The notes under the pieces: model-generated | Seen by the model: only the letters and a program-made list of their open reading frames with translations | What the model was told of the DNA's origin: nothing | The model's database searches: none | Shown here: positions 24,350 to 37,574 of the stretch, piece after piece | Position numbering within the stretch: the first letter of the stretch is position 1 | How the letters are laid out: each line of letters opens with the position of its first letter | Position numbers and translations under genes: made by a program | Assembly (NCBI GenBank): GCA_951406725.2 | Contig: OX597821.1 | Span: 91,946,001 to 92,010,000 of the forward strand | DNA length: 64,000 bases | Source: Octopus vulgaris | Taxonomy: Eukaryota | Direction of reading: 5' to 3'

Positions 24350-24398
24350 ATATGTATGTGTATATATATACATATATATATATATATATTATATATAT
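24050..24398. repeat. Long degenerate (TA)/(CA) microsatellite
   Basis: Directly visible. Confidence 0.95.
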
Positions 24399-24399
24399 C

Positions 24400-25306
24400 T
24401 CTTGCTTGTGTAACATGGTGCCAAGTCCTGTTGCCAGGCATAGGGTCTTCCAACAACCATCCTCTTCACCCAGGGCAGCACTACCTCCTCCAGGCACTTG
24501 ATGTAGGCCTCCGTGTTGAGTGTGGGGCCATGTGGGAAGATGAATGATGGCATAACGTCGCCATCACTAGTGATCACTCCAAACACCATGATGTTGACTA
24601 GATGTTTGATTTTTATCACCCTCAGTACATGTTTTCGGGACACACAAGCCAATGGTTGTTCTATGTGTTTCCCATCTGATCCTGGCAGAAGTTTTGCTTG
24701 TCTGAGAAAAACCAAAGCCTGCTTGGTTGGAGAGGATGCTTGAGGTTGTTCAAAAGCTTCATAGTGCAGACATTCCTCTTGTCATTGATGGCTTCGTATA
24801 AAAATTGGCCGTTTTCCATCTTGTATGAGGAATACCAAATGTCTTCATGCACTACCTGTCTGATAAGCAACTCAGACACTCCAATGTCCCTGGCAATAGA
24901 CCTGATTGACTTGGAGGGGATTGTTTGTCAATCATGGCCTGGATCTCACCAACAAATTCAGAAGGTCTTTTCTTATCAGAATGATCAGAGTGAGTTTTCT
25001 AAGCTACCGTACCTTCATAATCACCATTAAACTCATTTAGCTCTTTCTCAATTTTCTGCACTGTACTCAGATTGACACCCAAACTCTCTGCAATGTTCAT
25101 ATTTGAGCTTCTGGCATGAATGCCAAGCAATACGGTATGTCGTTTCCAAATTTCTGGCGGAGTGAATTACATTATGGTGCTGTTTTTCTCATAGATGGTG
25201 CCCAACTGACCCTACCATACTACGTAGCTGACAAAATCAAAAACAAACAATGTGCATGCGGGAAATAAAAAATATGATAGCGCAACAATTTACCTATCTC
25301 ACCCTA
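24400..25306 (-). mobile_element. Tc1/mariner-superfamily (maT-type) transposon remnant, 3'-truncated
   Basis: [30 protein letters not shown]; terminus TATAGGGTGAGATAGGTAAAT; homologous to 30519-31651. Confidence 0.85.
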
Positions 25307-25367
25307 TATATCTGTGTGTGTGTGTGTGTGTATACATATCTGTGTGTGTGTATACATATATGTATAC

Positions 25368-25417
<50 letters not shown>

Positions 25418-25479
25418 TTTGATACTTTGATAGGGTTCGGCCATTATTGGCCCAGGCCATGTCTAACTTAATAGCACCA

Positions 25480-25519
<40 letters not shown>

Positions 25520-26320
25520 GCCGAACAATGAGAATAAGTGCTCAACACCATATTGATGGATTAAAGTATGTATGTATGTTTGTGTGAATGTAAATGTGTG
25601 TGTGTGTCCATATGTTTATGAAAGCAGTTCACTGATTTCATGTTAGCAAAAAACAGATTTCAATGCCAGATAATTTGTCATTTAGGGAGAAAAATATCAT
25701 CTTGTTGATCTTCACTTTATAGTTTAGCTGACTATTTGAAAGATTCAACTCACAGATTTTGACTGCATGCACACATATTGTGGATTTTTAAGTGTATGAT
25801 ATTTTCTATTATAGAGAAAATGATTTGAAAATAGTGAAGTATCATGCTGGAAGTATTCCAGTTAAATACTGAGTTACTTTTAGTTGATTTTAAAACAATC
25901 AAGAAAACTTGATTGTTTAGTCTATTGAGAGAGAAATGTTGCAGTTTTTGGTTAAAGTCTTTTCAGAATAAAGGATTATGCACGCAAGATAAATTGACTT
26001 TGTGTTTATGAAAAATTGCCAGAAATATTTGAAAACTAATTCATTTTGAAGTAAGGATTAATGCATATTCAAAGATGCATTTTAAAGTTGGGAAATATTA
26101 TTTAACAGGTTGTTATTTATCGTTTCGTCAGGATAAAAGTAGTGCTTTTAACCCATTAACACTTTCGTTACCAACCCAGCTGAATCTGGCTCTGGATCTG
26201 TAGTACAAACGTCTTGTTTTCATAAGTTTTGAATTAAAATCTTACTCCAAATCTTAGTCGCAATTTATATTCTTAACACTAGTTGAATGATAACTAAGTT
26301 ATTTTACTAAATTCTTTGTT

Positions 26321-26619
26321 ATCATCATCATCATCATCATCATTTAACATCCGTTTTCCATGCTAGCATGGGTTGGACGGTTCAACTGGGGTCTGGTAAG
26401 CCAGGAGGCTGCACCAGGCCCAGTCTGATCTGGCAGTGTTTCTACAGCTGGATGCCCTTCCTAACGCCAACCACTCCGAGAGTGTAGTTGGTGCTTTTTA
26501 TGTGCCACCTGCACAGGTGCCAGACGAGGCTGGCAAACGGCCATGATCGGATAGTGCTTTTTACGTGCCACCGGCAGGTGGGGGGGGGGGCAGTCGGGGC
26601 GGGGCTGGCAGCGGCCACG
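26321..26619 (-). mobile_element. Family D (RTE-type 3' end)
   Basis: (CAT)n TTTAACATCCGTTTTCCATGCTAGCATGGGTTGGACGG..GGATGCCCTTCCTAACGCCAACC. Confidence 0.8.
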
Positions 26620-27107
26620 GAGAGATGGCTTATCTGGAAAAGCAGCTTAGACCCTACCACATGTCTAAATACAAGGACAGAGCTTTTCGGATCATGCCCA
26701 CATGTGACTAAATTTCTGTTACGTTTTTGGTCCCCTAAAGAAAACGGATAGAACATGCTTTCTGTGTTATGTCCCAAGAAGATTTTATATATTTTTATAT
26801 ATTTTTATATATTTTTATGTATTTTTATATAATTTTTATGACGAAAAATGCGAGCGATGTATAAGTACGCAGGCAAAGCAGAGTTATAACAGAGTAATTT
26901 CCCTTCATTTTTAACGGTATTTTTTCATAACGTTTTCAAATAGCCAGATAACCGAAGAGATGGTGTTGTGGATTTCCACTTCGGCATCTGAAACTCAGAG
27001 TTTTATCTTGACTACCAAGTAATGTAACATATTGTATAGATAAATTTCCTCTATTTACATAATATTGAGGTCTCTTTCTTTCTTTTGTTATCTTACCGTT
27101 TTATCAA
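26620..27107 (+). mobile_element. 3' end of a Penelope-like element (endonuclease C-terminus plus pseudo-LTR) ending at (TA)n
   Basis: ERWLIWKSSLDPTTCLNTRTELFGSCPHVTKFLL..* parallels the LN.R.E...C.H..KFLL terminus at 18600-18715; hammerhead motif follows. Confidence 0.7.
26946..27008 (+). ncRNA. Hammerhead ribozyme-like motif with extended stem II
   Basis: AGAUAA-CCGAAGA-GAUG..GUGGA-uu-UCCAC..CAUC-u-GAAA-CUC-a-GAG-UU-UUAUCU. 6-bp stem I, stem III with a 1-nt loop, U4C core change. Confidence 0.65.
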
Positions 27108-27218
27108 TATATATATATATATATATATATAGATAGATAGATAAATAGATAGATAGATAGATACATACATACATACATACATACGTATTACATATAATGT
27201 TTATAAACAATATTAATT

Positions 27219-27620
27219 AGGCGCAGGAGTGGCTGTGTGGTAAGTAGCTTGCTAACCAACCACATGGTTCCGGGTTCAGTCCCACTGCATGGCATCTTGG
27301 GCAAGTGTCTTCTGCTATAGCCCTGGGCCGACCAATGCTTTGTGAGTGGATTTGGTAGACGGAAACTGAAAGAAGCCTGTCGTTTATGTATATGTATGTG
27401 TTTGTGTGTCTGTGTTTGCCCCCCTAGCATTGCTTGACAACCGATGCTGGTGTGTTTACGTCCCCATCACTTAGCGGTTCGGCAAAAGAGACCGATAGAA
27501 TAAGTACTGGGCTTACAAAGAATAAGTCCCGGGGTCGATTTGCTCGACTAAAGGCGGTGCTCCAGCATGGCCGCAGTCAAATGACTGAAACAAGTAAAAC
27601 AGTAAACAGTAAACAGTAAA
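27219..27620 (+). mobile_element. SINE family B
   Basis: Full length; tail (AGTAAAC)n variant. Confidence 0.9.
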
Positions 27621-28421
27621 CAATTAAAAATTATTGGTAATTAATTTTCAAAGGAAAATTCCAACATACTTATCAGCAGACATTGAACTACACATCTTTG
27701 GCTTGGCATTTTTCGCTTTATCCTAGCAAATTGTACTGCCTGTAGAGCTATCCTGATTTTGTACATCCATGAATTTGTGCATGTGTGTGTGTGTGTGTGT
27801 GTGTAAACATCAATGTGCACCAGATGCTTAAGATTATGATCTTGGTGTACTAAGTATATACACTTAGAAGCACACAGTAATTATGCACATAATCACAGAC
27901 AGACATACATATATACACATAAAGATATGACCATAGGAATATATATGCATGCATACACACAGATGTCCATTTGAGGGAGCAATTATGAATATATTCATAC
28001 TATGAATGGCACACAAGCCCTTAGCAGAGAACCTTCAACAAAAGGGTACGGTTCCTTTGCCTGCCACTTGAATAGCAAAGTCACATTTATTTCCTGGTAA
28101 TTGCAGAAAATTTAACAAATGCCCAAAGAATTCCAGAAGGATTATTCTTCATTTAATCACCAAAATAGAAAGCAGGTAGGTATTTCTTGTTTGTTTGTTT
28201 TTTTTACTTCTTTTCTTTTTTATCCTTTTTTTTTTTTGCCAAATCTTTCTTTATCCCACACCATGCACTAGATTCAATTCCAGTAAAAGATTTATCAAAA
28301 TTTCTTTGACGTGTATGTGTACATGAGAGTGTTTGAATGTATGTGTGTATGTGAATATATATGAGTGAGCAAGTGTATTTAAATGCATTTTATTATATTA
28401 TTGACAGATTATTTTATCTGC

Positions 28422-28459
<38 letters not shown>

Positions 28460-28681
28460 GCATGTGCTTTTGAATAAGCATATAGGTTCAAAGTTGTGTG
28501 CATATGTATATGTTCATGTGTGAGTGAGCTATTTGAATAACCATTTTGGTTTCCAAATAGCTGTGGTGTGTATGCGTTTTGAATATATATAGGGCTACTT
28601 CACTACATATATATATATATGTGTGTGTGTGTATGTGTATTTTTGAATATGTATATGCACTCTAGATTCTATACATATATA

Positions 28682-29075
28682 TACTCTTTTACTCTTTTAC
28701 TTGTTTCAGTCATTTGACTGCGGCCATGCTGGAGCACCACCTTTAATCGAGCAACTCGACCCCAGGACTTATTCTTTTGTAAGCCCAGTACTTATTCTAT
28801 CGGTTTCTTTTGCTGAACTGTTAAGTGACGGGGACGCAAACACACCAGCATCGGTTGTCAAGCAATGCTAGGGGGACAAACACAGACACGCATATATATA
28901 TAGATACATATATACGACGGGCTTCTTTCAGTTTCCGTCTGCCAAATCCACTCACAAGGCTTTGGTCGGCCCGAGGCTATAGTAGAAGACACTTGCCCAA
29001 AGTGCCACGCAGTGGAACTGAACCCGGAACCATGTGATTGGTAAACAAGCTACTTACCACACAGCCACTCCTGCG

Positions 29076-29078
<3 letters not shown>
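28682..29078 (-). mobile_element. SINE family B
   Basis: Full length. Confidence 0.9.
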
Positions 29079-29114
<36 letters not shown>

Positions 29115-29189
29115 ATGTGCTTTGTTTGTTTTTCAGTGTGTATGACCACGTGCATCGGATTCAAATATGTTTTGTGTTTTTCATGTGAT

Positions 29190-30504
29190 ATATAAAAAAA
29201 ATTCCTGGACTAGGTGCATAACTCACCAACAGATGACAGCATGCACTTGTGAGTGTAGTGAGAGCTAGCGGTGACTTTCATGAGGCAGTGTGCCAAGTGA
29301 CATTGCTGTGTTAACTTCACAAGTTGTGAAATTTGTTTTTTGTCATCACGTGAATGCTGTAGTCTGTGATTTTGTTGTAGACAGGAACACAGAGCCAAAG
29401 TAAAATTTTGAATTAAACTCTCTCTTTTACTTGTTTCAGTCATTTGACTGTGGCCATGCTGGAGCACCGCATTTAGTCGAGCAAATCTACCGCAGGACTT
29501 ATTCTTTGCAAGCCTAGTACTTATTCTATCGATCTCTTTTGCCGAACCACTAAGTTACGAGGATGTAAACACACCAGCATCAGTTGTCAAGTGACGTTGG
29601 GGGGATAAACACAGACACACAAACATATACACACACATACATACTCATATATATCTATATATACATACATATATACAATAGGCTTCTTTCAGTTTCTGTC
29701 TACCAAATCCACTCACAAGGCTTTGGTCGACCTGAGGCTATCGTAAGAGACACTTGCCCAAGGTGCCATGCAGTGGGACTGAACCTGGAACCATGTGATT
29801 GTTAAGCAAGCTACTTACCACAGGGCCACTCCTATGCCTAAATGTAGAAAGTCTGCTACAGAGACATTGAGCATGCTTTGACAAGATTACAGTGATGAGC
29901 CAATGGGTCGTACACAATGTTCTGAGTGACAAGGATGCTTCAAAAGCAGAAAAGCATCCCTGGCACCCAGTATGGGATCCAGAAGGTCTACCACAAGTGT
30001 CAACCCTGGAAATGTGGCATTGTGCATCAAGAATTTGTCCCCTAGAGTCAGATGATCAAACAAGAGTTCTAATGAAATGTTTTAAAGCATTTGAGAAAGA
30101 ACATTCAGTGAAAGCAACCAGATCTGTGGAATGCAAAAAACAGGGTTCTTCATGATGACAATGCACCATCACCAAGCTCTCCATAACCATGAGTTTCTCT
30201 GAAAAAACAACATAGTATTGTTTCTGCACCCTCCCTATTTGCCTGATTCATCACCTGAAGTCTTTGATCTCTTCCTCAAGATGAAAATGCTTCTCAAAGA
30301 TTGCCATTTAAACACTGTTGTTGAGATCCATAACAAAGTGAAGAAGGTTCTCAATTTTCTAACAGAAAACGACTTCCAGGCTAGATTTCAAAAGCGGTAG
30401 GAACACAAGATGACTATTTCAAAGAAGATGATGTTAAAACTTAAGTAAATAATTTATTTTTTATTAAATATAACTAGTCCAGAAAATTTTCAATCCTACT
30501 TGTA
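29190..30504 (+). mobile_element. Decayed mariner (DD34D-type) element interrupted by SINE B
   Basis: LHDDNAP (~30148), HPPYLPDSSPEVFDLFLKMK; inverted ends AAAATTCCTGGACTAG (~29197-29213) / CTAGTCCAGAAAATTT (~30474-30489). Confidence 0.7.
29417..29840 (-). mobile_element. SINE family B nested in the mariner
   Basis: Full length. Confidence 0.85.
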
Positions 30505-30518
30505 TGTTTTTAGGTATA

Positions 30519-31651
30519 TACAGGATGAGATGGGTAAATCGTTACCATTTTATATTTTTTATATCATGCATGGGCATTGTTTGTTTTTGATTTTGTTGAC
30601 TACATAGTATAGTAGGGTCAGTTGGGTACTATCTGTGAGAAAAACAGCACCATAATGCAATTGATTCTGCCAGAAATTTAGTAACAACATGCTGTACTGC
30701 TAGGCATTCATGCTGGAAGCTTCAATGTGAATATTTCAGAGTGTTTGGGGGTCAATCTGAGGACAGTGCAATCTGATGACATGTACTGAGAATGATAAAA
30801 ATTAAACATACTGTCAAAATCATGGTGCTTGGAGTGATCACTAGTGATGGCAACATTATTCCTCCATTCATCTTCCCACATGGCCTCAAACTCAACACAG
30901 AGGCCTGCACCAAGTGCCTGGAGGAGGGAGTGCTCTCCTTGATCAAGAGGGTGGCTGCTGGGAGATCCTATGTCTGGCAACAGGACTCTGCACCATGTCA
31001 CACACATGCAGGAGAACCCAGTCATGGCTATCAGATAATTTCTGTGGCCATTATCACCTTATCATCTGGCCACCTAACCCCGCCAGACTGCAACCTCCTT
31101 GATTATTATGTGTGGGGTGCAGTTGTTTGAGAGAGCAGCAAAACTCCTTGTAACACTAAAAAATGAACTGAAGGCAAAGATTACAGCAGCTTTCACCAAC
31201 TTAAACAAGGAGACTGTCCAGAAGAGTTGCAGGCGATTCTGAAGTCGTCTGGAGGCAAATGGCGATTTTATTGAATAAATTTTTTCTTTAGTATTTCAAG
31301 ATATTTTTATGTGATTTTAGTAAATTGCCGATGGCACGTAAAAAGCACCATCCGATCATGGTCGTTTGCCAGCCCCGTCTGGCACCTGTGCAGGTGGCAC
31401 GTAAAAAGCACCCACTACATTTACGGAGTGGTTGGCGTTTGGAAGGGCATCCAGCTGTAGAAACACTGCCAGATCAGACTGGGCCTGGCGCAGCCTCCTG
31501 GCTTCCCAGACCCCAGTTGAACCGTCCAACCCATGCTAGCATGGAAAATGGACGTTAAAAGATGATGATGATGATATCTGTTAAAATGAGATGTCAGCGT
31601 TATTTTCATTCTTGTGTAATTTAAACGACAGTTTATTCACCATACTCCGTA
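30519..31651 (+). mobile_element. Internally deleted maT (DD37D) transposon
   Basis: IMVLGVITSDG, WQQDSAPCHT..WPPN.PDCNLLDYYVW; 37 residues between the last two Asp after correcting two frameshifts; TA-flanked ends. Confidence 0.8.
31326..31575 (+). mobile_element. Family D nested in the maT element
   Basis: GGTTGGCGTTTGGAAGGGCATCCAGCTGTAGAAAC..GGACGTTAAAA(GAT)n. Confidence 0.8.
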
Positions 31652-31978
31652 TATGTAGGAATAATTCTGCACATAAGCGACTTCTGATGTTCATGTTTAA
31701 ATTTCAGATGCAAATGTATGTATGGGGTTCATAAGTTTAACTGCATGAGAAAAAGGACTACATGTATTTTTCACATGCATATAACTACATGTAGCCTACT
31801 GACGTCAGTTTCTGCTTTTATGTGTATGAGTAATTTCATATGTACATCTATTAATTCATGCACATATAAATGTATGTAAACATGTATTTAAAAATATGTG
31901 TGTGTGCATGCTTTTATGTGCATATGTGGATACTAATTCCATTTTATATATGTGTATACGCATGTGTGTTATGTGTAT

Positions 31979-32026
31979 TATATATCTATCTATATATATA
32001 TATATATATATATAGATAGATAGATT

Positions 32027-32063
<37 letters not shown>

Positions 32064-32088
32064 ATAGATATTTGTATATATATTTATA

Positions 32089-32144
<56 letters not shown>

Positions 32145-32192
32145 AATCTATCTATCTATATATATATATATATATATATAGATAGATATATA
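31979..32192. repeat. Palindromic compound microsatellite
   Basis: (TA)n(GATA)n arm mirrored by a (TATC)n(TA)n arm, including the GATTGATA/TATCAATC interruption. Confidence 0.85.
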
Positions 32193-32221
32193 TACATAAA
32201 AATATATCCATATATATTATA

Positions 32222-32610
32222 TAGGTGCAGGCATGCCTGTGTGGTAAGAAGCTTGCTTCTCAACTGCATGGTTCTGGGTTCAGTCCCACTGCATGGCATC
32301 TTGGGCAAGTGTCTTGTACTATAGCCTCGACCAGCCCAAAGCTTTCTGGGTAGATTTGGTAGATGGAAACTGAAAGAAACCCTTCATATGTGTGTCTTTG
32401 TGTTTGAGTTTGTGCCTCCAGCAATGTTAACAAACAGTGTTGGTGTGTTTACGTCCCTGTAACATAGCAATTCAACTAAAGTTATTGGGAGAATAAGTAG
32501 CAGGCTTAAATAAAAGTACTAGGATCGAATCAATTGGCTAAACCCCTTCAAGGCAGTGCTCCAGCATGGCCACAGTTTAATGACAGAAACAAGTAAAAGA
32601 TAAAAGGTAA
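32222..32610 (+). mobile_element. Older SINE family B copy
   Basis: Diverged but colinear with B. Confidence 0.8.
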
Positions 32611-32617
32611 AGATGTT

Positions 32618-32752
<135 letters not shown>

Positions 32753-32904
32753 CATACATATAGATTGATTGATACAATAGAAAGACAGATACATAAATGC
32801 AGATACATTCATCTTTGTGAGGTGTGGTCCTTGATCTATTCTAGCAAATTGATGGGTATGCATGTGATGCATTTGTGTTTTACACGTATATTGCTACATG
32901 TAGC

Positions 32905-33110
32905 ATGGCGACACGCTTGGTGAAATGCTTAGCGGTTTGCCACTACGTTCTGAGTTCAAATTCTGCCAAAGTCAACTTTGCTTTTCATCCTTTAGGGGTC
33001 GATTAAATAAGTACCAGTTATGCACTGGGGTTGATGTAATTGACTTAATCCCCTGTTTGTTCTTGTTTGTCCCCTCTATGTTTAGCCCCTTGTGGGCAAT
33101 GAAGAAATAA
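32905..33110 (+). mobile_element. SINE family A
   Basis: Body and tail type 1 match. Confidence 0.8.
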
Positions 33111-33512
33111 GTTTCTGCCTATATATATACAACTATTTATACATGCACATGTTACTTGCATATGTATGTATGTATGTATGTATGTATCTATCTATCTATC
33201 TATCTAAGAATGAGTATGTGCGCACATTTTTGTGTGCATATGTGTCTACCAATGTGCATATGAAAGGGCAAGGGGATAGATTTTATGGACTGATCAATTG
33301 CATAGATGCAGTCTGTGATTGAGTTTGTGTGTGTGTGTATTTGCACTATTCTGAAGATACACAGACATAAATACATCTGGATGAATTAACAAGACAGAAG
33401 GCACTCAATACATGAAGTAGAATTTTCCCCTCATTTATTCATAGCTAAAACTTCGCATCATTGCTGTTTCAGGTTTCCACATCTTTTCTATGTACATACA
33501 TACATACATACA

Positions 33513-33548
<36 letters not shown>

Positions 33549-34204
33549 TATATATGACCATGCATGTATCTGCATATCTGTATCGTTTTGCATGCATGTC
33601 TGTGCTTATATATAAAAGTTTATATGCAAGCTGCAAATCTTTATGTGAACCCATATCATGTATGTGTATATGTTTGTGTACATGTATGTGTACGTGTGCA
33701 TATGTGTATGTATGTATGTGTGTATGTTGTTGTATGTGTCTTAGTGAATGTTTGTTTTTGTATATCTGAAGGCTAGTTTTATTGATTATTTCTTTGCTAT
33801 TCCATCCATCATTTTACCATTTTCTTTCTTGAACCTCTTCCACTCCAGGAGCAAATATTTCTTATTTCTTTCTCCATTTCTTCTTTTTTCTTCACTTCTC
33901 CTCTTTTTCACTTCGAAATAAATAACATAAAATAAATGCCAAAAAGTAGTCAACGGAATGATGCATTAATCACCGCCACACTCACTGCCTCCAGGATATA
34001 CTGGAAATGGAAAAAACCCACCAAGGTACCACACAACCATTGCCACACTTTGACACTAGTTCAAAGTTACTGACCCCCATTAATATCACTGTTAAATGGT
34101 CTTCGCAGACATCAGCAATATCAATTCTACCCTTACAAATAGTACTCATACTGATATTCCTCCTGGCAGGGGCATAATCCTTCTTACTTTTACTTGCTTC
34201 TTAT

Positions 34205-34665
34205 TCTATCCACAACAACCACAAAAAAATCCCTGCAACAGTCACTAAAATTACCTACAACCACTAAAACTACCGAAAACAACCACTAAAATTACCCACA
34301 ACAGTTATTACACTATCCACAATAGTCACAAAAAATCCCTGCAACAGTCACTAAAATTACCCACAACCACTAAAACTACCCACAACAACCACTAAAATTA
34401 CCCACAATAGTTATTAAAATTACCCACAACAACCTCTAAAACTACCCACAGCGGTCACTAAAACTACCCAAAACAACCACAAAAATTACCCACAACAGTT
34501 ATTACACTATCCACAATAGTCACAAAAAATCCCTGCAACAGTTACTAAACCCCTGCAACAGTCACTAAAACTAACCACAACAACCATTAAAGTTACCTCC
34601 AATAGTCACTAAAATTATCCATAACAGTCACTAAAATTACCCACAATAGTCGCTAAAACTCCGCA
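34205..34665. repeat. Minisatellite, ~21-22 bp unit CACAA(C/T)A(G/A)(T/C)CACTAAAA(T/C)TACC
   Basis: About 20 degenerate units; higher-order repeat at 34291-34348 / 34486-34543. Confidence 0.85.
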
Positions 34666-34699
34666 ACACCTCACACAAATATTATATTACTATCACTAT

Positions 34700-34930
34700 A
34701 AGGCAGCGAGCTGGCAGAAACATTAGCATGCTGGGCGAAATCCTTAGCGGTATTTCGTCTATCATTATATTCTCGGTTCTAATTCTGCCGAGGTCGACTT
34801 TGCCTTTCATCCTTTCGGGGTCGATAAATGAAGTACCAGTTTTTCACTGGAATTGATGTAATCGACTTAATCCCTTTGTCTGTCCTTGTTTGTCCCCTCT
34901 ATGTTTAGCCCCTTGTGGGTAGTAAAGAAC
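34700..34930 (+). mobile_element. SINE family A
   Basis: Full length. Confidence 0.85.
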
Positions 34931-35341
34931 TATATATTATATATTACTATCACCCCTATCAACAACATTGTTGAACAACACACTGTTATCACTGCTGTTA
35001 CCATCGCTACATCTATCAATCTGCCTATGGTCACCAATACTTATGCTATCCCTACTAATATAACCATCGTTGTTAACACCACACTTACTGACTAAATGTA
35101 AGTTTTTCATTAACACCATTCTCACATCCACATAACTACAATACCATCATAATCCTCTCAGTTATGACCACTAATACCACCACTTGTATAAAACTTCACT
35201 ACCATTGCTATCCCCATTACTATAAACATCTCAACCTGCAAGAACTAATTCTGTAAAATCAAGAATATTATGCTATAAATAAGAAGCTATTCATAACAGT
35301 TGAATAATCTTTTGATATCAACCTGCTTGTGATCTCATCTT

Positions 35342-35728
35342 GGATGGAAGCACTCCGTCGGTTACGACGACGAGGGTTCCAGTTGATCTGATCAACGGAA
35401 CAGCCTGTTCATGAAATTAACATGTAAATGGCTGAGCACTCCACAGACACGTGTACCCTTAACGTAGTTCTCGGGGATATTCAGCGTGACACAGTGAGTG
35501 ACAAGGCCGGCCCTTTGAAATACAGGTACAACAGAAACAGGAAGTAAGAGTGAGAGAAAGTTGTGGTGAAAGAGTACAGCAGGGATCACCACCATCCCCT
35601 GCTGGAGCCTCGTGGAGCTTTTAGGTGTTTTCGCTCAATAAACACTCACAATGCCCGGTCTGGGAATCGAAACCGTGATCCTACGACCGCGAGTCTTCTG
35701 CCCTAACCACTGGGCCATTGCACCTCCA
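35342..35728 (-). mobile_element. SINE family C, full length
   Basis: 12-bp TSD TGATCTCATCTT at 35330-35341 and 35729-35740. Confidence 0.9.
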
Positions 35729-36641
35729 TGATCTCATCTTATTCTATTATGCAAACCTGTTTCCACGTGATCTAAATTAAAACTTCCCATCAACATTTCA
35801 TATTCGTTTATGTTTCAAGCACTAACTTAGTAATGACAAAGTTATGTAACTAAATTGTTCGTTATTTTCGCAATATTAATTGTAACAAAGGCAGTGTATT
35901 CCACCAGGAATACAATAGCAAAAGAGTTAAGTAGAAAAAGAGAAAAACGATGAAACTCCCGAAGAAATATCAAATTAGAAACGATTCACCAAAACTACAA
36001 GTGAAATTTTTTTAAATTTTAGAAAACATGAAAAGTATCAGTTGTTGCTAAGAGAGAGTCAAAGATACCTGGAGCAGAAGTTGATCTTTATTACAGAACT
36101 TAGGTTGTAACTTCTCACTCTTGGCATTTTCTCTTGCTTTGTATAATCTTATGTACGTGTGGCTTTATTATTAGATTTTGTTGAGGTTTAACTAGTTTTC
36201 ATTTTAATCCAGTTTCTTTTTATCTTCCACTTATCTCATCTTTATTTATCATTTTCATGAGGAATTAGTAAAAGTGACAATACGGCTGAAGATGATCTTG
36301 TTATATTTATAGACACAAACAATTTGACATTCACTAACTCTTAGAATGGTTAAGCAAATTCCTTATACTTTTATTCCAAACTGATGGGATAAGTATTTCA
36401 GACATTTCTATAAAATGCAATGTTAAAATTCAGTTTTTCTATTATATTTTGCACTAAGTGATCCATCTTAAAATGTAGTCATCTAAATTCATTTTTATAT
36501 TTTCCAATCTATATTTGCATCCATTCACATTAAAAAATTTGTTTAGGTTACCATTCATTCAATATCTGTTATTTCCAAACTCCCCTGCTGTTTGAGTTCC
36601 TTTCTTTTATCATATCAGCAAATATTCTAACATCTATACAC

Positions 36642-36861
36642 ATACTCTTTTACTCTTTTATTTGTTTCAGTCATTTGACTTTAGCCATGCTGGAGCACCG
36701 CCTTTAGTCGAGCAAATCGACCCCAGGACTTATTCTTTGTAAGCCTAGTACTTATTCTATCGGTCTCTTTTGCTGAACCGCTAAGTTACCGGGACGTAAA
36801 CACACCAGCATCGGTTGTCAAGTGATGTTGGGGGGACAAACACAGACACATAAACATATAG

Positions 36862-36903
<42 letters not shown>

Positions 36904-37067
36904 GACGGGCTTCTTTCAGTTTCCGTCTACCAAATCCACTCACAAGGCTTTGGTCAGCCCGAAGCTATAGTAGAAGACACTTGCTCAAGGTGCCACGCAG
37001 TGGAACTGAACCCAGAACTATGTGGTTCGTAAGCAAACTACTTACCACACAGCCACTCCTGTGCCTA
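36642..37067 (-). mobile_element. SINE family B
   Basis: Full length. Confidence 0.9.
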
Positions 37068-37147
37068 TGACTATAAATTTCTATATTCAGCCAAAGTTTA
37101 TATCTTTTTATATTGGACTTGTCTTTATTTTAGAAGAAAAATATGTA

Positions 37148-37365
37148 CTCGGGGGTGCCAAAACGTTCCTGGCTTTAAGGGTATCATGAAAGACCCTGTT
37201 GGAGGGCCAACTTTCTGAGTTCTTTTACAGGGCTTAGAAAAACTGAAAGACCACAGCAGTAATAAATGTGTATCTGAGAGGGGAATATGTTGAATAAAAT
37301 TATAATTAACTGATCCTCCTGGATATTCTTTTACTCAAAGACGGGAACTTTTCTGCACTCCCTTG
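37148..37365 (+). mobile_element. Mariner-derived MITE (~220 bp)
   Basis: TA flanks; imperfect TIRs GGGGGTGCCAAAACGTTCC / GGAACTTTTCTGCACTCCC; retains a mariner C-terminus (GLEKLK..KCVYLRGEYVE*). Confidence 0.75.
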
Positions 37366-37574
37366 TAGGCTTTCTATCCAGAGCAGAGCATTATGGGAAT
37401 CCTCTAAAACAACTTATATAGTAGGTACAACAATGTAACTGTTATCTCTATTTTTTTGTTTTTTGGGGGGTAAAATTTAATTCAGATCTTGTTTTTCAGT
37501 TATAAAGTTTAACAAGTCATGCAGATCAAAATCCTTATATGTTCCAAGGAGAGCTTGTTTAATTATAGGAACTC

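Noticed and set aside
34205-34665. CRISPR-like array
   Set aside because: Units are contiguous with no unique spacers; eukaryotic context; no cas genes.
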